Sequence record: SRR22947725_654
Direction: 5' to 3' (one strand)
DNA: 64,000 nucleotides
Shown: in pieces, positions 19,242 through 27,905 of the stretch
How positions within the stretch are numbered: position 1 is the stretch's first letter
Layout: each line of letters begins with the position of its first letter
The notes under the pieces: generated by a model
The model's database searches: none
Told to the model about the DNA's origin: nothing
Seen by the model: the letters and a program-made list of their open reading frames with translations, nothing else
Translations under genes and position numbers: made by a program

Positions 19242-20355
19242 GGGTTTGAAGGCTTCATTTGGCGTGTTTATCGCTTCTCTTTTCTTATATTTTGTATTGG
19301 ATAATGTCGCATATACGATTGATACGAATTTCAAACAAACATACAAAGCGATATCTTTCCGTCATGCTAGTAATGAGTCATATTTTCACTCTCCTTCAGA
19401 TTCTTACATTTCTATTAGCAACCCTTCAATCCTAAAAGAAAAAACCCTCTTTAGAACTAGTGATGATGGAGATATATTACCAAGAGGAGGAAAGGATGAT
19501 GCAAAAACTAAGATATTTTTCTTAGGTGGGAGTACAACAGAAAGTCACTGGATGGATGAAGAAAAACGATGGCCATTTTTAGTAGGCAATGAACTAAATA
19601 AAAGAGGGTTAGATATTCAGAGTTTTAATTACGGGTCTGGAGGGCAAAATCTTAATCATAGCCTGCAAAAGGTGGTTTCATTTATTTTGAAAGAGCGGCC
19701 TGATTATATTGTGCTGAATCATGCTGCCAATGACATTGGAAAATATTTCAACGGTGGATATTATGCCCGTGAAAGTTCATTACATGACACTAATGATATC
19801 ATTCCTGTGCACTCAACATTATTACTTAGATTAAAAAATATTATACGTGAAGCGCTCCCATTTACGAATAAGCATTGGAGAGAGTACCGCAATCAAAGAA
19901 GTGGCCCTAATAAAAGAAGTGGTAAGGCTATCCATGGAAATTTAGATATTGCTAATTTTTCATTAGATTACTTGTCAAGAATTAAGGCTATTAAGGCTTT
20001 AGCGGCAAGTTATGGAGGTAAGGTAGTTGTCATTCAACAGCCAGAAGTATATAAAGAAGTTTTAAATAAAACTAATTCATTTAACACAAACCCAAGAGAA
20101 AGACTTGAATTTTTACTAGGCTCCAAAGGTATCGGTAATGATCATTTTATAGATTTTGTTGATCATTTTCATCAAATAGTTAAATTATCATTAAATAAAG
20201 ATGATGAAATTAAATATATAGAAACAAAAGGCTACGGGTTTACTGTGAATGATTTTTACGATGCAATTCATTTTAACGAGCAGGGGTCACAGAATTTTTC
20301 AAAAATTCTGGCTGATGATTTATTTAAGTATATAAATTATTCAAATGAAATTTAG
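19228..20355 (+). CDS. SGNH/GDSL hydrolase family protein with N-terminal membrane anchor
   Basis: Block I FLGGSTT, block III HAAND, block V DAIHFN. Confidence 0.8.
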   Translation: MNWIKGLKASFGVFIASLFLYFVLDNVAYTIDTNFKQTYKAISFRHASNESYFHSPSDSYISISNPSILKEKTLFRTSDDGDILPRGGKDDAKTKIFFLGGSTTESHWMDEEKRWPFLVGNELNKRGLDIQSFNYGSGGQNLNHSLQKVVSFILKERPDYIVLNHAANDIGKYFNGGYYARESSLHDTNDIIPVHSTLLLRLKNIIREALPFTNKHWREYRNQRSGPNKRSGKAIHGNLDIANFSLDYLSRIKAIKALAASYGGKVVVIQQPEVYKEVLNKTNSFNTNPRERLEFLLGSKGIGNDHFIDFVDHFHQIVKLSLNKDDEIKYIETKGYGFTVNDFYDAIHFNEQGSQNFSKILADDLFKYINYSNEI

Positions 20356-20392
20356 TAATAGTGTTAAATCAGGTTGTCGGTTTTTTCTGTAG

Positions 20393-21283
20393 TCAATTAA
20401 TAATCAACCAGTTACTATCATGCCAACCTTTAAGGTATCTCATCGCACTAGTTTCTGATTTCCAACCGCCCCTGAGCATAATTTTCTCTAGTGGAATGTT
20501 TTTATTTAATAAGTCAATCGCAGCACCAACCCTAAATGAGTGACCTGATAGTTCGCCAATTTGATTCAGACCAGCTTGCTTTTGAAGACTTTTTAAAATA
20601 TGGTTAATTGATGCAGACGTTAGAGATGAGTTGGTAGATAGATTTCGTTTAAAACTTCTGAGAATGTAGCCACTCTCCTGATCAATTGCCAATGACCAGC
20701 TTGAGATCAGCTCAGAGAGCCCGCCAGATATTGGAATTATCTTTCCTTGATTGTATTGATCAGTTTTGGAGTATCTCAGTAGGAGTGCATGTTTGTGATT
20801 GCCAAGATGCTGCAGGTCTTCAAATTTAAATTGACAAATTTCAGAGCGGCGGCGCATGGTCTCGTAGCCGAGCTGTAAGAGCAGCTTGTTTCTAAGGCCG
20901 ACTATATCGTCAGAGCAGACATCTTTGTGTTTTGTCAATATGTCATAGGTTAGGGGTGTTGCCTGTTTTTGAGGTTTTCCAAATTTTCTTCTAAGTTTTT
21001 TGATGGTAAGTATGACCACGGGTTCTTTTGTGGGGTTGGTACTTTTAGTGAGACTGAATATACTATTAAGGCTCGCCACCCGCCTTTGAATAGTTGCAAC
21101 CGTTAGATTATTACCCATCTGCAGAATATAGTCTGCAAACTGCTCTTCATGAATATTTAGAGGATCGCAGTGATATTTCTGACACCAGTTAGAATAATGC
21201 ATATAATCTGATCTATACGATCTGATTGTGTTGGGCGCATAGGCACCCTCTAAAGAATCGAACAGGAAATTTATTTTATGCAT
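20393..21283 (-). CDS. Tyrosine recombinase/integrase, Cre-like subfamily
   Basis: Core-binding domain YAPNTIRSYRSD; catalytic R (RRSE), K (SKTDQ), HxxR (GHSFRVG), W (GGW), Y (MRYL); alternative start at 21313. Confidence 0.9.
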   Translation of the reverse strand: MHKINFLFDSLEGAYAPNTIRSYRSDYMHYSNWCQKYHCDPLNIHEEQFADYILQMGNNLTVATIQRRVASLNSIFSLTKSTNPTKEPVVILTIKKLRRKFGKPQKQATPLTYDILTKHKDVCSDDIVGLRNKLLLQLGYETMRRRSEICQFKFEDLQHLGNHKHALLLRYSKTDQYNQGKIIPISGGLSELISSWSLAIDQESGYILRSFKRNLSTNSSLTSASINHILKSLQKQAGLNQIGELSGHSFRVGAAIDLLNKNIPLEKIMLRGGWKSETSAMRYLKGWHDSNWLIIN

Positions 21284-21293
21284 TTTAATTCCA

Positions 21294-21321
21294 AGTGGTA
21301 TTTTAAGTACCATTATATACT
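21294..21321. promoter_or_regulatory. Putative operator palindrome and -10 box between the divergent recombinase and XRE genes
   Basis: AGTGGTA-TTTTAAG-TACCATT imperfect inverted repeat (21294-21314); TATACT at 21316-21321, 6 bp before the XRE ATG. Confidence 0.4.
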
Positions 21322-21327
21322 ATTTTT

Positions 21328-21567
21328 ATGATATCATCTAAACAAATAAAAGCCGCACGTTCGCTCCTTGGCTGGAAGGGTAAAGATCTTGCTGATAAGA
21401 GCGGCGTTGGAATTACAACGTTAAGAAGGTATGAGGCTCAAGATGGAATACCTAACGCAAACAAGTTTGTCATTAAAGCCATTAAAGGCTGTCTTGAGGA
21501 GGAGGGGATAGTGTTTTCTGGAGACCCCGTTAAGAGCCCAGGCGTGTCACTCAATCAAAAAGACTAG
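21328..21567 (+). CDS. XRE-family helix-turn-helix transcriptional regulator
   Basis: QIKAARSLLGW...DLA..SGVGITTLRRYE...LEEEGIVF...PGV pattern. Confidence 0.88.
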   Translation: MISSKQIKAARSLLGWKGKDLADKSGVGITTLRRYEAQDGIPNANKFVIKAIKGCLEEEGIVFSGDPVKSPGVSLNQKD

Positions 21568-22461
21568 TTAGACGGTCTTTCTTCTTTTTTGCAGTTCAAG
21601 TAACTCCCCAAGTGTTTTAGAGAACTGCCTCTCATCGGCGGTTCGATAGCGCTGGACCAGGCTCAGTTTTTGAGTGTCGGGTATGGCGGCATCCTTGATT
21701 TGTTGAGTGCGCTTGTCTAAATCCTTAAGGATGAATTGAACCTGCAGGTCTTTGGCAAGACTATTGGCAAGCAAATCCAAGTATGCCTGCATAGAGGATG
21801 ACAATATCTTATGAGAATTTTCTGTAATTTCTTCTATCGATAGCGGCGCGCTTTCGTCAGGATCGCCTTCCCCTTTAACGATCAACCTAACTATAGTGCT
21901 TCTTGATTGGCCGGTTTCTCGAGAGACAAAGTCACACAGGTTAAGGTGCTCACTGGTGCACTTTTTAATGATATAGTCGGCAGCAACGGGCATGTTGTCT
22001 TCTACGTAGAGCCAACCAGAGACATCACTAAGATTTTGACGATCGATCTCCTCCAGGATGCTTATATTCTTAGCAAAGGCGCCAGAGTTTAATTGCCAGT
22101 TTGCTGATGCGGCGGCGTATACCGCCTGGGTTAGTCTTTCACTGCTGTTATCAAGGCTCCTGGTTGACTCCTCTGGGTGTCCCGCCTCATTGCTGGCGAG
22201 ATCAAACATGGCGTTCTCAGTTTGCTGGATTCGCATCAGCCTCACGCTGCATTCTGCCATCTTGACTATAAGAACTTTTTCGATGGAGGATTGCGGCTCA
22301 AAGTCAGCGCTGAATTCCGCAACGGTCTCATCAAAGAGTGACTGCTCGTTCGCGTCTAGCCAGCGCCTTGCGGTTAGGCCGTGGGTGAGCGAGTTGCGAC
22401 TGGAGACGGCCTTGCCTTTGCCGGTCTTTGGGCCGGTGCCGTAGTTATCTTTTTTAGTCAT
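21568..22461 (-). CDS. Conserved-looking hypothetical protein (GPKT.GK..SS.N...HGL N-terminal motif)
   Basis: 297-aa ORF, GC-rich (75/120 G+C at 22321-22440); helical C-terminus QRY...ERQF...L.EL.ELQ. Confidence 0.75.
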   Translation of the reverse strand: MTKKDNYGTGPKTGKGKAVSSRNSLTHGLTARRWLDANEQSLFDETVAEFSADFEPQSSIEKVLIVKMAECSVRLMRIQQTENAMFDLASNEAGHPEESTRSLDNSSERLTQAVYAAASANWQLNSGAFAKNISILEEIDRQNLSDVSGWLYVEDNMPVAADYIIKKCTSEHLNLCDFVSRETGQSRSTIVRLIVKGEGDPDESAPLSIEEITENSHKILSSSMQAYLDLLANSLAKDLQVQFILKDLDKRTQQIKDAAIPDTQKLSLVQRYRTADERQFSKTLGELLELQKRRKTV

Positions 22462-22549
22462 GGCGTTAGGGTTATAATTGAACGATGTACCTTATTTTAA
22501 CTGGATTTATAAAATTATATGCGCCCAAAAAACCCTTTTTTACGAAACG

Positions 22550-22587
22550 AACTGACCTTTGATAAGAGCCCTTATCGAAGGTCAGTT
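22550..22587. repeat. 38-bp inverted repeat (17-bp arms, one mismatch, 4-bp centre); terminator or protein/recombinase binding site
   Basis: AACTGACCTTTGATAAG-AGCC-CTTATCGAAGGTCAGTT; overlaps the stop codon of the RfaH-like gene. Confidence 0.8.
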
Positions 22588-23076
22588 TAAGTCAGCTTCT
22601 CTAACTTTTATTTTTTGAGTTCTTTCTAGAAATGTCAAGAGGATGAAGACGTTCTTGTCTCTGTCGTAAGCATCAAAGACGGCCTCAAAATTCTTGAAGG
22701 GGCCGTTTTCAACATAAACTACCTGTCCTTTTCGGTATTTCTCTTGATGCATGGCTAGTGTTTCAAAGTGCTCTATACCGGTTCTTAGGAATTCAATTAA
22801 GCTCTCAGAGATGCCTGGAAATATATCGCCAAATTTAATAAACTGTTTCACCCCTCTGGTTGAGTTGATTGAGACATACGAAGCCCCTGGTCTTGGTTTA
22901 ACGAATATGTATCCTGGGAAGAGGGGCGCAGGTTTTTTTTTATGAGCTAGTGTTGGTAAAAATGTCTCATGACCCTGGTTATTGAGATTGTCATAGGCAA
23001 TCTTCTCTGACCTTGGTTTGGTGGAAAGAAGATACCAACGACTTGTTTTAAATAATTCTTCCATGATATGCTTCAT
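22582..23076 (-). CDS. rfaH: RfaH-like NusG-family transcription antiterminator
   Basis: NGN domain WYLLSTKPRSE..A..NL..QG, PLFPGYIFV, INSTRGV; KOW domain GQVVYVENGPF. Confidence 0.85.
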   Translation of the reverse strand: MKHIMEELFKTSRWYLLSTKPRSEKIAYDNLNNQGHETFLPTLAHKKKPAPLFPGYIFVKPRPGASYVSINSTRGVKQFIKFGDIFPGISESLIEFLRTGIEHFETLAMHQEKYRKGQVVYVENGPFKNFEAVFDAYDRDKNVFILLTFLERTQKIKVREADLN

Positions 23077-23111
23077 TTTAAACTATAAATATTTATTCAA
23101 GCTAAACTATA

Positions 23112-24962
23112 ATGTCATTTATGATTCAAATTATAACTCGTCTTTCTAGAAGAAATAAGCAAGCAATAATGCTTGCTTTTGATGCTATTTCTATTGTCTG
23201 CCTCATATATGCTGCATTCTGGATTCGTCTCGGTCATTTCTTTTATCCCTCCGGTAATGAGTTGTTGCCGATAGTCATTTATGGTTCGCCGTTATTGGCA
23301 ATGCCTATTTTTACTAGCTTTGGACTTTATCGTGAGGTGATTCGATTTGTTGGTCTTAAGGCGCTTTGGAATATTATTCAGGCCTCTTCCATCTATGCGA
23401 TGTTATGGGGCTTAATGGTGTTTATGGCTAATATTGAAGATGTTCCACGCTCTGTGATTCTAATTAATTGGGTGTTAGTAACTTTAGTGATTGGCAGCTC
23501 AAGACTTTTTGCGCGTTGGTTGTTTTCAGAAGCAACTAGTCAAAATCGTGTTTTAATTTATGGTGCCGGCTCAGCCGGTAGGCAGCTTTTAAATGCACTA
23601 AAACAGTCGAAAGAATACAATCCTATCGCTTTTATAGATAATTCTAAGAGTATTCATAACACTATCATCAATGGCCTTAGAATCTATTCTCCAGATAATT
23701 TGCAGAGATTGATTGATACTAATGATGTTAAGGCGGTATTAATAGCTATGCCATCCTTGAAACGCTCCGAACGTCAAAAAATCATAAGTTTTTTAGAGCC
23801 TTATAAAGTTGAAGTCCGTTCAGTGCCTGGAGTCGCAGAATTGGCCCAGGGCAAAGTTAAAGTTAATGATTTATTAGAAATTGATTTAAGTGATTTGCTT
23901 GGAAGGGAGTCAGTTAAGCCAAATAAAGAGCTTTTTGAAAAGAGTATTTCTAATAAGGTGGTCATGGTTACTGGAGCGGGTGGCTCAATTGGCTCAGAGC
24001 TTTGTCGGCAGATTATATTATTAAAACCGAGAATGTTAGTTCTTTTTGAGGTGAGTGAACCATCACTCTATCAGATTGATCAAGAGTTAAAAGGTAACAA
24101 TGAATTTAATATAGAAGTTTGTCCGATACTTGGGTCTGTTACTGATAAGGATAGGGCTCTAAAGATTTTTGAGTATTATGGCGTACAGACTATTTATCAC
24201 GCTGCTGCCTACAAGCATGTTCCGCTTGTGGAATATAATAGTTCTCAAGGTTTCTTTAATAATGCAATAGGGACAATGCTATTAGCTGAAGCTGCGATCA
24301 CTTCAAACGTTGAAACCTTTGTTTTGATTTCAACTGATAAGGCTGTAAGACCAACCAATTATATGGGTGCTAGTAAGCGTGCTGCAGAAATGGTTTTGCA
24401 GGCATTTGCTGAGCAAACTCATAATACTTGCTTTACTATGGTGCGTTTTGGCAATGTGCTCGATTCAAGTGGCTCAGTCATCCCTTTATTTAAAAAACAA
24501 ATAAAAGAGGGCGGCCCATTAACAGTAACTCATCCTGACATAGTTCGTTATTTTATGATGATACCTGAGGCGGTAGAGCTCGTTATTCAGGCTGGTGCAA
24601 TGGCAGAAGGTGGTGAGGTTTTTGTGTTAGATATGGGGGAGCCAGTTCGAATCTATGATTTAGCAGTAAAAATGATCAATCTAAGTGGTCTAGAGCTGCT
24701 TGATGAGAACAACCCGAAAGGTGATATAGAAATTCAATACACTGGATTAAGGCCTGGTGAGAAGTTATATGAAGAGCTTCTAATTGATGGTAAATTTTCT
24801 GAAACTGAGAATAAGCTGATTATGCGCACTGAAGAGGGAATGATGCCTTGGGATAAGTTAGAGCCAATACTAACTGAAATATATAATAAAGGAACCTATA
24901 CGAATGCTGAAGAACTTTATAAGTTGATCAAAAAGATGGTTCCAGAGTTTAAATCCAAATAA
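23112..24962 (+). CDS. Membrane-bound UDP-GlcNAc 4,6-dehydratase (PglF/WbpM/CapD family)
   Basis: Four N-terminal TMs, IYGAGSAG, VTGAGGSIGSEL, HAAAYKHVP, STDKAVRP, MGASKR, VRFGNVL, GLRPGEKLYEEL. Confidence 0.95.
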   Translation: MSFMIQIITRLSRRNKQAIMLAFDAISIVCLIYAAFWIRLGHFFYPSGNELLPIVIYGSPLLAMPIFTSFGLYREVIRFVGLKALWNIIQASSIYAMLWGLMVFMANIEDVPRSVILINWVLVTLVIGSSRLFARWLFSEATSQNRVLIYGAGSAGRQLLNALKQSKEYNPIAFIDNSKSIHNTIINGLRIYSPDNLQRLIDTNDVKAVLIAMPSLKRSERQKIISFLEPYKVEVRSVPGVAELAQGKVKVNDLLEIDLSDLLGRESVKPNKELFEKSISNKVVMVTGAGGSIGSELCRQIILLKPRMLVLFEVSEPSLYQIDQELKGNNEFNIEVCPILGSVTDKDRALKIFEYYGVQTIYHAAAYKHVPLVEYNSSQGFFNNAIGTMLLAEAAITSNVETFVLISTDKAVRPTNYMGASKRAAEMVLQAFAEQTHNTCFTMVRFGNVLDSSGSVIPLFKKQIKEGGPLTVTHPDIVRYFMMIPEAVELVIQAGAMAEGGEVFVLDMGEPVRIYDLAVKMINLSGLELLDENNPKGDIEIQYTGLRPGEKLYEELLIDGKFSETENKLIMRTEEGMMPWDKLEPILTEIYNKGTYTNAEELYKLIKKMVPEFKSK

Positions 24963-24980
24963 GGTAATTTTTTTTAAATA

Positions 24981-25802
24981 TTATAGATTTTTTGCAAAGT
25001 AATTATTGGCTTCTAGGTAGCCTTTGACACTTCCACAGTCGAAGCGCTTTCCTTTAAATTTATAGGCGACAACCTTGCCTTGTTTCGCTTGTATATTTAA
25101 AGCATCGGTGATTTGTATTTCTCCACTTTTATCAGGTTTTATGTTTTCAAGAATATCAAAGATATCCGGCGTTAGAATGTAGCGACCAATGATCGCCATA
25201 TTGCTTGGAGCATCTTTCTCTTTGGGTTTTTCGACCATATCACTAACTTGATATGTATTGATTGAGTTTTTGACTAGTTTGCCAGCAATCACTCCATATT
25301 TGTGGGTTTGGTTCATTGGAACTTCTTCTATGGCCACGACTGAACACTGATGCTGGCTGTATATTTCAATCATTTGAGAAATTACACTCTTTTCATTACA
25401 GTCACATAGGTCATCCGCCAGAATTACAGCGAATGGCTCGTTTCCAATAAGTGGTTTTCCGGTAAGTATGGCATGACCTAATCCGAGCATCTGTTTCTGA
25501 CGAACATAAGTAAAGGTTGATTTCTTTATTACCTCCTTTATTTCTTTAAGGTAGTGTTCTTTAGAAGTGCCCAATAATTGTGATTCAAGCTCAAATGAAT
25601 TATCAAAGTGATCCTCAATCGCTCTCTTACCCCTACCAGTAACAATAGCCATATTTGTTATTCCTGCAGACAGAGCTTCTTCAACCCCATATTGTAGTAA
25701 AGGTTTAGTAATTACTGGAAGCATTTCTTTTGGAACAGCTTTAGTGGCCGGTAGGAAACGAGTTCCATAACCAGCAGCAGGAAATAGACATTTTATAATC
25801 AT
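24981..25802 (-). CDS. galU: UTP--glucose-1-phosphate uridylyltransferase
   Basis: PAAGYGTRFLPATKAVPKEMLP, LGLGHA, VEKP, GEIQITDA, RFDCGS. Confidence 0.97.
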   Translation of the reverse strand: MIIKCLFPAAGYGTRFLPATKAVPKEMLPVITKPLLQYGVEEALSAGITNMAIVTGRGKRAIEDHFDNSFELESQLLGTSKEHYLKEIKEVIKKSTFTYVRQKQMLGLGHAILTGKPLIGNEPFAVILADDLCDCNEKSVISQMIEIYSQHQCSVVAIEEVPMNQTHKYGVIAGKLVKNSINTYQVSDMVEKPKEKDAPSNMAIIGRYILTPDIFDILENIKPDKSGEIQITDALNIQAKQGKVVAYKFKGKRFDCGSVKGYLEANNYFAKNL

Positions 25803-25917
25803 GGAAAATTATATTTATGATGAATTAATATAAATTAATTTTATACCAGTAGTTATTGAGGGTTAATAAATTATTTATTATCTAACCAAATAACCTTTAA
25901 TTGATGAACACCGAAAC

Positions 25918-27765
25918 TCACTCAACAGTAACTGATTTAGCAAGATTCCTTGGTTTGTCTACATCAGTGCCTCTTTTCAGGGCAACATAATAGCTCAGCA
26001 ACTGAAGTGGAATTGTAAATATTATAGGTGCAGTTATTCGACCTAAATTTGAAGTAATGGGAACTACTTCCATGGCATCCATGGCGACAACCTTTGAATT
26101 TTGATCTTCAAAAACTAACATTTCAGAGCCTCTAGACTTAACTTCTTGTAGATTAGATTTTAATTTTTCGAGGAGATCATCGTTTGGAGCTATTGCAATG
26201 ACTGGCATATCTTTATCAATGAGCGCTATTGGCCCGTGTTTCAATTCACCAGCTGGATATGCTTCAGCATGTATATAGCTGATCTCCTTAAGTTTTAGTG
26301 CTCCCTCCATGGCGATTGCATGCATTGTGCCTCTTCCTAAAAACAGAGCACTATTTTTATCAATAAAGCGATTTGCCAATTTCTTGATTTGATTTTCTTG
26401 AGTAAGTGCTTCATTAATTAGTCCTGGTAATTTTTTTAATCCATCAATTATTTCTCTTTCTTGTTTCTTATTGATAGTATTTTTTAATTTTCCAATGGAA
26501 CAAAGAAGTAGTGCTAGGGAAACTAACTGAGTAGTGAAAGCTTTAGTACTTGCGACTCCAATTTCTGGGCCAGCATGTGTCAAAAAAGTTAAATCAGATA
26601 GTCTTGTTAGGCTTGATTCAGGGGAGTTACTTATGCACAGTGACTTTACAGAAGTATTTATTTTTTTAGCTACTTTAAGCGCCTCTAAAGTATCTGCAGT
26701 TTCCCCACTCTGCGAGAGGGTAACAAAGAGAGTCTTATCTAGAAGAATAGGGCGACGATAACGATACTCACTCGCTACTTCAACATTGCATGGAATTTTA
26801 GCAATATCCTCAATCCAATATTTTGCTACAAGGCCTGCGTTATAGCTGGTACCGCAGGCAACAATTTGAATTTGTTCTATATTTTTAAAAATTTCATCAG
26901 CTTTATATCCAAAGGATGATGTAATAACAGAGCTATTTGTAACTCGAGATTCTAAAGTGTCTCTTATCGCTTGAGGCTGCTCAAAGATTTCTTTTTGCAT
27001 GAAATGATCATAATTACCCTTATCAACTTGACCTGTTTTAATCTTGGACTGTATCTTGGGTCGGTCAACTAAGTTTCCATCAAGATCAAAAATTGTAATC
27101 TTATCTAATTTGATTTCTGCAATATCACCTTCCTCAAGAAAAATAAATTTTTTGGTTTCTGATAATAACGCCATTTGATCAGACGCAATATAGTTTCCAT
27201 TTGAACCAATTCCTATCACTAAAGGTGAGCCCTTTCTTGTGGCAATGATTTGGTCTGGGAATTTTGATGACATAATGCCAAGTCCATAAGAGCCCTCAAA
27301 TAATTTAACTACTTTTTGAACAGATTCAATGAGAGTTTTACTTGATTTTAATGCATAGTCAATTGCATGCGCTATAACCTCTGTATCTGTTTCTGATTCA
27401 AACTCATAACCAAGCTTTTTTTGATCATTTTTTAATGCAACATAATTTTCAATAATTCCATTATGAACTACACTAACTGAGTTCTTAGATATATGCGGAT
27501 GCGCGTTAAGATTAGATGGTTCGCCATGGGTTGCCCATCTTGTATGTGCAATGCCAATATTGCCTTGTATCTTATTGCTTCTTGCATTTAAGTTTTTTTC
27601 TAGATTCCTAACTTTTCCAACAGCCCTTGCTCTATTGAAAGTATTCTTCTCTGACAATACAATGAGGCCAGAGGAGTCATAACCTCTGTACTCTAATCTA
27701 TTTAATCCCTCTAGAAGAAGCGGGGTTATATTTGAATTTGTAACGCCGCCAACTATTCCACACAT
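25918..27765 (-). CDS. glmS: Glutamine--fructose-6-phosphate aminotransferase
   Basis: MCGIVG, LEYRGYDS, HTRWATHG, SQSGETAD, C-terminal PRNLAKSVTVE. Confidence 0.98.
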   Translation of the reverse strand: MCGIVGGVTNSNITPLLLEGLNRLEYRGYDSSGLIVLSEKNTFNRARAVGKVRNLEKNLNARSNKIQGNIGIAHTRWATHGEPSNLNAHPHISKNSVSVVHNGIIENYVALKNDQKKLGYEFESETDTEVIAHAIDYALKSSKTLIESVQKVVKLFEGSYGLGIMSSKFPDQIIATRKGSPLVIGIGSNGNYIASDQMALLSETKKFIFLEEGDIAEIKLDKITIFDLDGNLVDRPKIQSKIKTGQVDKGNYDHFMQKEIFEQPQAIRDTLESRVTNSSVITSSFGYKADEIFKNIEQIQIVACGTSYNAGLVAKYWIEDIAKIPCNVEVASEYRYRRPILLDKTLFVTLSQSGETADTLEALKVAKKINTSVKSLCISNSPESSLTRLSDLTFLTHAGPEIGVASTKAFTTQLVSLALLLCSIGKLKNTINKKQEREIIDGLKKLPGLINEALTQENQIKKLANRFIDKNSALFLGRGTMHAIAMEGALKLKEISYIHAEAYPAGELKHGPIALIDKDMPVIAIAPNDDLLEKLKSNLQEVKSRGSEMLVFEDQNSKVVAMDAMEVVPITSNLGRITAPIIFTIPLQLLSYYVALKRGTDVDKPRNLAKSVTVE

Positions 27766-27905
27766 AACGAAAAATTAAAATAAAACAAGAGTAACTAATT
27801 ATAGTTAATAATGTAATCTATCCCAACATGATAAATCCTTTTTTAATTACCTTTTTAATTTTTGAAAAATTAGCAATTTAGAGTTATTTTGAGTTTTAGC
27901 TTATA

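Noticed and set aside
16858-20355. Saxitoxin biosynthesis
   Set aside because: Only the carbamoylation-cassette homologues are present; there is no sxtA, sxtG or other core gene, and the context is polysaccharide synthesis.
20393-21283. Integron integrase with the upstream genes as cassettes, or a prophage
   Set aside because: The motifs are Cre-like rather than IntI-like, no repeated attC-like sites were seen in the intergenic gaps, and there are no phage genes.
21907-22444. Plus-strand ORFs 21907-22092 and 22058-22444
   Set aside because: Antisense shadows of the GC-rich 297-aa gene with no motifs.
22462-22473. GGCGTTAGGGTT, ops-like sequence next to the RfaH module
   Set aside because: Mismatch in the core, and it is on the strand opposite to the adjacent genes.
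24569-24580. GGCGGTAG, the core of the RfaH ops element
   Set aside because: It lies deep in the pglF/wbpM coding sequence (Glu-Ala-Val-Glu codons) near the end of the cluster and lacks the downstream TG, so it is probably chance.
27766-27905. glmS ribozyme or other riboswitch upstream of glmS
   Set aside because: The region is short, very AT-rich and shows no stable paired structure; it looks like a plain divergent promoter region.
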